DNA of 64,000 nt from Tetramitus jugosus (lineage: Eukaryota > Protista > Heterolobosea). Numbering within the stretch: the first letter of the stretch is position 1; each line of letters opens with the position of its first letter. The stretch is from NCBI GenBank assembly GCA_937625935.1, contig OW569348.1, positions 558,001 through 622,000 on the forward strand. Reading direction: 5' to 3'. Made by a program: the position numbers and the translations under genes. Below, one piece after another: positions 22,184-31,404 of this stretch. The notes beneath the pieces were generated by a model. It was not told where the DNA came from and ran no database searches. It saw only the letters and a program-made list of their open reading frames with translations.

Positions 22184-23407
22184 TTATCTGACTCTTGGAG
22201 CAGGAGAAGGAGCCTTTCGTGTAATTTGGTTCAAATCCTGTGCAATCTCATCAGCAGACAACGAAAAGCTCTTTATGCTCAATTCATCGGGCAAAATTCT
22301 CTTCTTTGTGTACTTGTCCAATGCTGCATAACCAAACTTGACTTGCACGGTGTGAGTGTTGCTGGTATGGCTTCCGTTTTGACCACCATTCGTAGTGGCA
22401 GCAGCACCAGTGTCATCTCCCTTTCTCTTTCTCAATTTTCTAGTGGAGGCACCACCCACCACTCCTGCTGAAGCAGTCATGGGAGTCTTGTCCAATGATT
22501 CATAATCTAAGTAAGATTTAAGAATAAAAAATAACGTGTAAAGACAAAATATCGTGTGACAAGTATTGTTAGTTTCACAGACTGTGCCCTGAGCATGACC
22601 AGAAACGAATAATAATAATAATAATAATAGTACTTGGACAGACAAAAAGCTGGTCCTCCTACACTCAATGAAATGATTAGTAAACATACCGAATACATGT
22701 GCATCTGGAGCATTCTCTCCCTTGCTTTGCTTGTCCATCAACATGTTTAGCATACGTTCTCTGAATTGTGATACTTCATTCTATATATAATTATCATAAT
22801 GATTAATTATCATACATGATCATCAATAAGAACAATAACAAATTCAACAATAACAACTTCCATTACGTACCTCAAAATCATCATTTGCCTGTTTAATCTC
22901 CGCATCACAAATATTCCTCAGATTCTGTATTTGGATGTCTCTGTACTTTTCTGCTGCTTCTCTCTTTATTTCTCTCATCTTCTTCAATGATTCACACTTG
23001 ACCAAGAATTGTTCATGTGTATTGTTCATGAGTGATTCAATTTCATGAGCCAGTCTTGTCTTGAAGTTTTCTTTTGCTTGTTCCTCCTCGGTCAACAACA
23101 CTACTTTTCTCTTCTTATTGTTGTTATTTTCATTGTCTTCAGTTTTCTTCTTGTTGTTTTCATCTTCTTGTGCTTCTTGTGCTTCTTCGTCATGGTTGAG
23201 TGAAGCGAGACGAATTCTTTTTCTTGATTTAGTGTTTGTTGTTGCAGGTGTAGTCGTGGTAGTAGTGGTTGATGATGGTGTGTTGGTTTGATCATCATTG
23301 GCAGCATTGGTGGAGGTGGACTGTTGTTGTTCATCAGCAGCAGTGGTGGTTGCTGGTGCTGGTTGTAGAGTGTCACTGGTGGTGATTGGTTTCTCTTGAT
23401 CGCTCAT
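22184..23407 (-). CDS. Sds3/BRMS1-like Sin3-HDAC subunit (exons 23407-22871, 22780-22690, 22506-22184)
   Basis: Coiled coil EIESLMNNTHEQFL..YRDIQIQNLRNICDAEIKQANDDFE|NEVSQFRERML, then TRKLRKR and LSADEIAQDLNQI. Two GT-AG introns join in frame. Confidence 0.75.
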
Positions 23408-23505
23408 GTTTGTTAGTGTTTTGCTGGAAGTCGTGTGTTCTGTTTTTTTTTGCTGCCAAAAAAGTTTTTTGTTGTATGATTTTGGCGCGTGAGTGATCGC
23501 TGGGT

Positions 23506-26500
23506 TTATTCCAGATCGGTGTCTGTTAGATGGTGGCTGTGTTCGTCAGAAGCAGAAACGAGTATGTTGGAGCTTTGACAAACTTCTCGGCTCGTGCACA
23601 AGCTCTGTACTTTTTGCAACAATTCTAGCGGATTGAAATTGGTGTGTTGATTGGGCAATGAGTGGAAAGGGTTGTCAATCCACACTAGATTGCGACTACC
23701 AAACTCCAGTATGACACATCCAGTCTCGTGAATGAATCGCCGACTATATCTTTCGGGCATGTGCTCTGGGAAGAAGTTGTATGGACTGCGGCACAGTTTC
23801 TGTTTGATCACTGTTGCAGCTGCATCAGATGGGAGCGTTATGTTCACAAATGTTCGGAACGGATGGATATCCATTTCCTTGTGTGTGTAGGTGGAAAATC
23901 CATGATTAATGTCGCCTGATGATTCAACATGTCGTATGTACGTATCTGTGTCCACAGGTGTTTGAACAAGGACAAAGTTAAATCTGCTTGCTCTTCGAAT
24001 CAGTGTGTGCACATAGTCATTAATCAGCATTCCAGAGCAGACGAGCCATTGAATCTTGACACCAAATGTTTCAGATGGATGATAAGTTGGCTTGTAGTGC
24101 AAGTGGAACCACTCGTGACGATCTGTACTATCATCAGTTACGATTTTCTCCAGTCGAATATACTTGTTGGAAGGCTGCTCCTGGTCTAAATGATCCAGGG
24201 TGGTGACATCGACATCGAAGTTATTGTCATTGGATTTCGAGAGCTTGAAATTTCGATTAAAGAATGTTTCTTTAAACTTGTTGAATGCTTTGACTCGATT
24301 CTTGTACATGGCTTCTCTGTGCTGACTTGTTAGATTGGATGAGGACTCCGACCCTGTCAAACTAGATGGGTACATCGTGTCGTCAAAAGAGCTCGGCGAT
24401 GCACAGTTTTCAGAGGAAGGAGAGCATGGAGACGATGATAAAAGCTGCGAATTAATGGACTGTTGTGTACTCAAGGTCTGCATGATCGATGGACTCACAA
24501 AATATTTCATGTTACTCTGCGTGATGGGTATCAAGTGAAACTGGATCGACCTGTTGTGGAGATCGTTACCCATTGAAGGCTGAGAGCCACATATTAAATC
24601 ATCCAACTTATCCCAGTTGTACGCAACCTGAGAATAAAATCTAATGTTTCTATTCTCAAAATTGCCCACAGTCGAGTTCCACAATAAATATTTGTAACTG
24701 TACATGCTCTTGTTGTCAGATATACAATTGTCAGGGATTTCAACGGGTTTCACTTCGCTGCTGATGCTTGTTGATCGACTACGTGTCTTTTTCGTCTCTT
24801 TTGTGATATATCTATCGACTATGATAGATCCTGTACCCTCATGCTTGATTTGATGCAATTGATTTGCTGAACACAAGTAGACATTTGTTGAAGGAGTACT
24901 GGAATCATCTGCAACGTTCGTTGAAGATGCACTCGATGCATTCTGATGAGTATCTTTTTGTTCATCCAGTGTATTGTCATTCATGGGTGTAACCTTGAGT
25001 TGACGCACTCCTGACTGGTCGTTGATTGGTGTCGTATCGGGCACATATACTTGAAATCCTTCGTGGAGACGTTGTAGCACTAATTCTCTCAGCAGCATAT
25101 GGCTGTTGGTGTACTGCCCGCTCTGATCAACAATAGCCTTACTCCGAAGCTCGTAGTCATCACTATTCTTCAACAAACTTCCTGGCCAATAATCAGTCGT
25201 CAATGGCATACATGCTGGCTCTGTCAAGGACTGCCAATTAATTTTGGTTAGGAAATGTTTGATGTACTCTGCTTTCTGTGTTGGTCTAAGACCTGAACTA
25301 CTTGGGTGCAAGTGAGCCCATCTCCTTCTGTGAAATGTGTTCTTTTGATGTCTCTGTTGGAAGCTCGCTGGACCCTGCATAGCTTCAGACCGATCGATAT
25401 CAAACGGATTGAATAGAGAGTGCATGTACAATTGCTCCTTGGCTGACGAATCCTGTCGAGGATATCGGCCTCCTACAACGAGCTTGCTCTGATTGCTGTC
25501 TGACTCAGAAGTTATAGAGTTTCTCGTTCGAGGTGATGAGAGTCGTGGTGAAGTTGGAGTATCAGACAGGGAGAACACAGATTCGTCATGGTCTTCGAAA
25601 GCACTAGGTTTCATCTCCATATTGAGCGATTGAAAGCTGGGTAGTTTTGGCAGTTTCATATTGTGCATATTCATCAGCTGCTCTGACGGAATAGGCATCT
25701 TACATGTAGTGATAAATCGAGCTGGATTATGAGAGGCTAAATTGCCCAGATAAAAGGAAATGTTGATCCAGTCCGGAGATCTATAATAGTAATACTCACC
25801 ACTAGTAGTTGTGCTCTTTTTCACGTACTTCAATATTGGTACACTGTGCAATGGGGGCTGAGTCAAACAAATTAAATCTACACTCAAACCATGATCCATC
25901 AACCGCTTCGTCGTGATACGACCAAGAGCTGGATATAGATTATTAAACAGACCGACTCCCGGCGAAATAATAACAATCTCTTGGCCTGTTCTCGTCAAGT
26001 CTCGATTGGCATAATAAGTATCATATGCATTCAGCACTAAATTGATTGCCTCTAAGAAATTTCCATCTTGAGCAGATGAATTAGCGAGAGTCAATTGATT
26101 GGATGCGCTCACTTTCTGAATGGACGACGGATACGAAATAAATTCTCTCTTCAATCGCACAAGCATATCTTGCGGAGATAGATGCTGCGTATCATTCCAA
26201 TCGATCACCTTGTAAAAATCAATGTACTTCCGTCCGTCTTTCATCTGAATAATCGAGCTGTATTCATTGTTGTTGCCGTGCTTCTCGTCTTCTGTTTGCG
26301 TAGATTGTGTTGGTAGGGTTGTCCGATTGTCATGTGATGATACAAAATGCCTAGAAAAGAAGATCATGCACAACGAGTGATTCGTGTCCAGTCCTCTCCA
26401 CTTTTCAAAAATTTCCTTGACAAAACCGTTGACAGCCTTCTCAAAATACAAATTACCATCGTCATACTCGTGAACAGGTGTATACTCCCACATTTCCTTA

Positions 26501-27588
26501 CTCATTTGAAACAACCAGTACAAGATGGCTGATTTTGATCGGAATGTAATCTTTGTGTGCTCGTGAACAATAATACCAGTCGACACTTTTTGATTCTTTG
26601 TTTCACCATTGGGCATCCTTACCTTCCGTATCAACTCCTTTACCTGTGCATTAAAACCATTCCATTGAATACTCTTGCACGCAAACACACTCTTGTTGCT
26701 CAACCAGATAGAAAAGCGCCACATGTCACTCCGAGATATGAAATGATCTCGAACTGAAATCTCCACATAATCCAAGTAGGCTCTCTCCGGTTTCACACAA
26801 CGCACCAAAACTTCCTTTCGATTCTGAAGTCCAAACAAGTCTGCCACACTCTTCAGAACACTCAAGTACTGTACTCCACGCATCTGTTGTAGTGAGTCCA
26901 CCCGTACCATGAGTGGTTCAACATATGATTGTTCTGATTGTTGTTGTTGTTGTTGATGATGATGTGGTGGTTGTTGTGGTTGTGGTTGATGAGTAGTTGC
27001 ATTAGTGTTATTGTTCAGATTGGTGGTTGATATCGTTAATTGTGATGTCGTATTGTTGTTCGAAGATTGATGACTCGTATTCATAGTATTGATCGTGTTT
27101 TGATTGATTGTTGATTGAGGAGCAGCAGCTGTACTATGATGATTCGAATAATGACTAGCTATGGTAGTAGTGCTGGCATTGATCGCATAGGAGGAATGAT
27201 TACTGGTTGTTGTTGTTGTTGTTGTTGATTCTGAATCACTGGATAAATGATCATCTGATGATAAACTGACTGGAGTCGATGTTGTTGTTGGTGTCGATGC
27301 AGAGTGTGGTTGTGATGAGAGAGATGCTGATGTCGATGACAATGACGAAGAAGAAGAAGACGGCTTTGGTTGTGGAACAACAATCTCCAACACATCGCCG
27401 ATTTGAATCATAGGGAACACTTGTGTGTTGATCAGTACTTCATTCGTCGAAAAATCATCATTGTGAATGAAGAGCGTCACTTTTTTGAAGGAGAATTTGT
27501 TGGATCGTTGAAAAACATTGGATGATGACGTTGCAGGATTGTTGGAATATGCTGAAGCCTGCTTTCTCAGCAAATTTCGTTTGCTCAT
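23506..27588 (-). CDS. DEPDC5: GATOR1 subunit DEPDC5/Iml1
   Basis: Motifs ISRSDMWR, FRSKSA..QMSKEMW, YFEKAVNGF, GNFLEAINL, DLTRTGQ, PPLHSVP, RRRWAH and WQSLTEPACMPLTTDY. Confidence 0.95.
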   Translation of the reverse strand: MSKRNLLRKQASAYSNNPATSSSNVFQRSNKFSFKKVTLFIHNDDFSTNEVLINTQVFPMIQIGDVLEIVVPQPKPSSSSSSLSSTSASLSSQPHSASTPTTTSTPVSLSSDDHLSSDSESTTTTTTTSNHSSYAINASTTTIASHYSNHHSTAAAPQSTINQNTINTMNTSHQSSNNNTTSQLTISTTNLNNNTNATTHQPQPQQPPHHHQQQQQQSEQSYVEPLMVRVDSLQQMRGVQYLSVLKSVADLFGLQNRKEVLVRCVKPERAYLDYVEISVRDHFISRSDMWRFSIWLSNKSVFACKSIQWNGFNAQVKELIRKVRMPNGETKNQKVSTGIIVHEHTKITFRSKSAILYWLFQMSKEMWEYTPVHEYDDGNLYFEKAVNGFVKEIFEKWRGLDTNHSLCMIFFSRHFVSSHDNRTTLPTQSTQTEDEKHGNNNEYSSIIQMKDGRKYIDFYKVIDWNDTQHLSPQDMLVRLKREFISYPSSIQKVSASNQLTLANSSAQDGNFLEAINLVLNAYDTYYANRDLTRTGQEIVIISPGVGLFNNLYPALGRITTKRLMDHGLSVDLICLTQPPLHSVPILKYVKKSTTTSGEYYYYRSPDWINISFYLGNLASHNPARFITTCKMPIPSEQLMNMHNMKLPKLPSFQSLNMEMKPSAFEDHDESVFSLSDTPTSPRLSSPRTRNSITSESDSNQSKLVVGGRYPRQDSSAKEQLYMHSLFNPFDIDRSEAMQGPASFQQRHQKNTFHRRRWAHLHPSSSGLRPTQKAEYIKHFLTKINWQSLTEPACMPLTTDYWPGSLLKNSDDYELRSKAIVDQSGQYTNSHMLLRELVLQRLHEGFQVYVPDTTPINDQSGVRQLKVTPMNDNTLDEQKDTHQNASSASSTNVADDSSTPSTNVYLCSANQLHQIKHEGTGSIIVDRYITKETKKTRSRSTSISSEVKPVEIPDNCISDNKSMYSYKYLLWNSTVGNFENRNIRFYSQVAYNWDKLDDLICGSQPSMGNDLHNRSIQFHLIPITQSNMKYFVSPSIMQTLSTQQSINSQLLSSSPCSPSSENCASPSSFDDTMYPSSLTGSESSSNLTSQHREAMYKNRVKAFNKFKETFFNRNFKLSKSNDNNFDVDVTTLDHLDQEQPSNKYIRLEKIVTDDSTDRHEWFHLHYKPTYHPSETFGVKIQWLVCSGMLINDYVHTLIRRASRFNFVLVQTPVDTDTYIRHVESSGDINHGFSTYTHKEMDIHPFRTFVNITLPSDAAATVIKQKLCRSPYNFFPEHMPERYSRRFIHETGCVILEFGSRNLVWIDNPFHSLPNQHTNFNPLELLQKVQSLCTSREVCQSSNILVSASDEHSHHLTDTDLE

Positions 27589-27767
27589 TCGTCGTGTGAG
27601 AGCAGATTGGTGTTGTTGTCACTAGGTTTTGTGTTTTGGTGTTGTTTTCGTGGAAATGGAATTGTCGGTATTTTTGATCATGTTTCCCCGAGAACCGTTC
27701 ACTAATTACTGTTTGAGATCAACACAAAGTCGACAAACAACCAGAAGAAAAGGAATCGTCCAACAAC

Positions 27768-29852
27768 ATGTCTTATGATACTGGAGTAGAGAATTTGGCC
27801 AAGGAGTTTTACAATGTTATCCAGAAGCCTTCAATCGTCGCTAAATTGCTTGTCCAGAATCCTAACATTCTCCTCTATCAAGATCCATACAAAGGAAATG
27901 CGTTGCAGGCAGCCTTAAGAACCACCGTAGCCAATGAGAGTAGTGCACTCACAATTTTGAACTATGCGGAATCTCATAGTATGATCAACTCGTACGAAGA
28001 TAACATTACTCTCTGTCCATTCTACCTGGCAATAATGAAGGGCTATTTCAATTGTCTGGCAATAATGGTCAACACAAAACAAGGCAAGTACATTATTGAT
28101 AGATATCCTTCCTTGGTATTAATCTCTGCGATCAACAACGGAAGTACCAAGATGATCTCCAAGGTGCTCCAGTTCCCTCAAGTTGCTCGAATTCTCAATG
28201 TTCCTTACAACAATGAAGGCGACACTTACTTGCACTTAACGGTGATGAGAAAGGAAGCAAATTTAGCTAAATCAAAAACCATTGACATTGTAAGAGCATT
28301 AATCAGGTATGTAGGGACAGTATTATCTTCTTGAATTCGTATCTTATGGTGACTCACATTGACTTGTTACAGCAATGGAGCGAATCCGACAATTGCCAAT
28401 AAACAAGGAAAACGACCTTCGTTATTGGCGAAGAATGAACAAGTATGGAACTATTTGAGAGAGTGTGAAGTGGAAATGGAGGAAGAATACAAGAGCTCTA
28501 TGAATGACACCATCCATGAATTAACGCAACAGAATGATTCGAGAGAATCCCTCATCTCTCGCCTAATGACAGAAAACAAAAGTAAAGAATTTTCTTTCTC
28601 TGAGAAAGTGAAAGAGGCAGAAGCGAACACTGAACTAGTAAGATTGCAACTTAACGAGGAGATTAAGGAGAGGGACGAAAAGATCGAACAACAAATTGTT
28701 GAGATTCTATCATTGCAGAAAGAAAAAGAGAACCTCTTAACTACTATACACTTGAAATCCGAACAACATATCACTAATATTCTCAATCTCCAACAACAAC
28801 ACAATGCCGAAAAAGAATTGATTCATAGGGAGTTGGAGACGATGGCAAAAGCACTATCAGAGCTCACAGCCGGTTTCCAACAGACAAAGACCAACATGAT
28901 AGGACTTCAGAATGAAGCCCTAAAGGGATTTCATACTCAACATATCACTCGTTTTAACAACTTGCAACAGAATTTACAAATTGTGCAGCAAAATCAAACT
29001 AGTTATGGGGAAAAGATGACAGAACTCAAAGATAATTTGTTTCACGTTCAACAGGACTACGATGATAAGATTAACGTTCTTAAGGAAACTACTGATAATA
29101 GTATTGTAATATTAAAGAAGGAAACCAAGACGAACCGCGAGGGTATTACTCAACTTCAACAAGATTTGGAAGGTGTTGTAAACACCATGGAGTTTAATCG
29201 CCAATCAAGTGAATTCAAAATCACTGAAACTAACAAAAAGTTTGACGGTGAGAGTGTTCGGATCAAGGAACATTTGACCTCTCACGACAATCAATTGATA
29301 TCTCATAGTGATCAGATTGGAACCTTATCAGGTGTAGTTGAAACCAATCGAAACCTGACAGAGCAAAGAATCGTCATTAACGAAGAGAGAATCGCCACTA
29401 ATTCGCTCGAGATTGAAAGCACAAACACAAGATTGGCAGATCACACAAAGAGACAGCAACAGGATAAGAAAAAGATCTTTGAAGAGATTGAAAAGGATAG
29501 AGATGTTCAACGTCAAACCAACACCCGGGTTGACCAATTGTTCGAAGACTCTTCTAAACACTCCAACGAGATTCTAGTGCTGAAGGACATTGGAGACAGA
29601 AGATACAAGGAACATTCAGAACAATTGAATGCTCTAGAGGAGACAACTGTGTCCATTAAGGATGATATCGTGAGTAACAAGAGGGAAGATAAGCGCAAGT
29701 TTGACACATTGTTCGAAAGAGTCGAAAATAGTGAATACTTTCAGAGTGAGAAGATTCATGAAGTAGTGATCGAGAAGATGTTGGAAGAGAAGAAGAGACA
29801 GCTGGAACAATTGGAACATTCACTATTGAGCAATCAGCACTTTAGTCAATAA
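27768..29852 (+). CDS. Ankyrin-repeat protein with long C-terminal coiled coil (exons 27768-28306, 28373-29852)
   Basis: GDTYLHL..IVRALI|SNGANPTIANKQGKRP ankyrin repeat is restored across intron 28307-28372 (GTATGT..CAG). E/K/Q heptad-rich tail. Confidence 0.85.
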
Positions 29853-29999
29853 AAATGGGTAATGTCGCTTCACCTCTCAAACAACAACCTGTTAATACAT
29901 CATCATTCAGCAAAGTCCATAATTTTTCCTGTGCACATCCTTTTCGTTTCAAATATATCATGTTGTGGTGTTGACAACTGACTCAGATCCACACATTAC

Positions 30000-30588
30000 T
30001 TATTGAGAGTTGTTGCCAGTCGATGCCACAAGAACGACTAGAATGTGAGTGGTGGTCATCGTAATCAAGTAGGTGACACCTTCGAATTTGATTTCCATTT
30101 TGTGGAACCGATTCGGAACAGCAGCCACAGCAGCTGAAGATTTGTTGTTGGGCGATACAGTCGACTCATTGTCCTGCAGTGATGACGATGGTGATGGAGA
30201 TCCATGTTGACTGTCCTCTTCAATCAAGGATGATGTTGATTGTTGTTTTTGGTGCTGTGATGATGATTGATGAGCATTGTTGTTCGATTCCAAAATACCT
30301 CTCACATCCTGCAACATGTAATAAATGTTTGTTGTGACGGATGGATTGTTCAATAATTGACCTGTGCTCGTGAGAACGTGACCTTCATAGTCCATGACAG
30401 CCACTCCCAATTGACCTGGAATGGTCTGAAGATCCTTGAATTGAGTGTCTTGTGCGTGTAGTGCCTGTGCTAAACTCTATATGTGTGATGACAGACAGTT
30501 GGTTAATTTGCTCACCTGGGTGTTTCAAACTAGAGAGAGGATATTCCAATGATTACTACTGGACAATAAATGATTTGGAACATACCAT
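30000..30588 (-). CDS. LAMTOR4: Ragulator subunit LAMTOR4-like (coding exon 1 = ATG only, 30588-30586; exon 2 30476-30000)
   Basis: MSLAQALHAQDTQFKDLQTIPGQLGVAVMDYEGHVLTSTGQL...RFHKMEIKFEGVTYLITMTTTHILVV parallels the LAMTOR4 pattern IPDQLGYLVL..VLASSGDL..FKRLSVVF. Intron GTATGT..TAG at 30585-30477. Confidence 0.75.
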
Positions 30589-30735
30589 TGTTCTCTTATG
30601 ATAGTTTGATTGTCTTGTTTGAATTTCGGAGAAAAAAAGCAATTGGAAATTTGTCAGCCGGCAAGACAAATCACAAATCAAAAACACCACACGACACCAA
30701 CGAACTGTGGCCACAGACAACTCACCAGCCAGCTG

Positions 30736-31240
30736 CGGTGCCAGTAGCTGCTTTTTTTTTTTTTTTAATTCAACCAATGGTTGCGCTGTTTATTCGTTGT
30801 TGATTCTCTTTACATTATGTAACTGTTTCGTTTATGACGGCAGAATGCCGTCACTGTTGCATTGTTTGTTGCTGGTGCTCGCAGAGCATCAGCAACCAGC
30901 CATCTCCTTGGAGCTTGTGAAGAGGCGAAGCATCACCTCAATACATCTCCTCTTAGTATTATCCACGAACTGTTTCGCTTTCTTCTTGGCGATATCCTTC
31001 TTAATTCCATTTTTTTGAGCCCTTTGGCAACTTGTTTCGCTGCTTGCGTTTCCACACCTAACATACCTAACATGTATTGTTTCCCAGTCTTCCTTTGCTC
31101 GTTAGTTGTGCGCCTGCCGTTGCACCACTGTTGGTTATCAAACCATATGTCCACACATTGTGACTTATGCAGTCCCATTGAGCTCAGCTTCGCAGCAACC
31201 TCCTTTGCAAATTCTGGCCATCCTCGGTGCAAGTAGTTGC
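30736..31240 (+). repeat. 16-bp target-site duplication (14/16 identical) at 30736-30751 and 31225-31240
   Basis: Direct repeats abut the poly(T) end and the truncated 5' end of the insertion. Confidence 0.75.
30752..31224 (-). mobile_element. 5'-truncated poly(A)-tailed retro-insertion, probable non-LTR retrotransposon 3' end, upstream of tRNA-Pro
   Basis: A15 tail (T15 at 30752-30766) with AATAAA 22 nt before it. Start-less ORF remnant with one frameshift, ending at TGA 30889. Flanked by a 16-bp direct repeat: CGGTGCCAGTAGCTGC (30736-30751) and CGGTGCAAGTAGTTGC (31225-31240). Confidence 0.75.
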
Positions 31241-31282
31241 GATCAATGGGTCGAAATATGATATATCGGACTATCAACATAT

Positions 31283-31354
31283 GGGACAATGGTCTAGTGG
31301 TATGATTCTCGCTTTGGGTGCGAGAGGTCCGGAGTTCGATTCTCCGTTGTCCCC
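31283..31354 (+). tRNA. tRNA-Pro(UGG)
   Basis: Acceptor stem GGGACAA/TTGTCCC, D-loop TGGTCTAGTGG, anticodon arm CTCGC-TTTGGGT-GCGAG, T-loop GTTCGATTC, T5 Pol III terminator at 31357-31361. Confidence 0.97.
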
Positions 31355-31404
31355 TGTTTTTGCATGGAGCTTCATTTTTGATTCGACAAGAAAACCTCTC
31401 AAAG

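Noticed and set aside
23480-23490. E2F-like TTTGGCGC motifs upstream of the Sds3-like gene and CCT5 (~56033-56042)
   Set aside because: Too short and too few to distinguish from background without genome-wide enrichment.
30862-31236. Plus-strand 124-aa ORF upstream of tRNA-Pro
   Set aside because: Non-ATG start and antisense to the retro-insertion ORF remnant.
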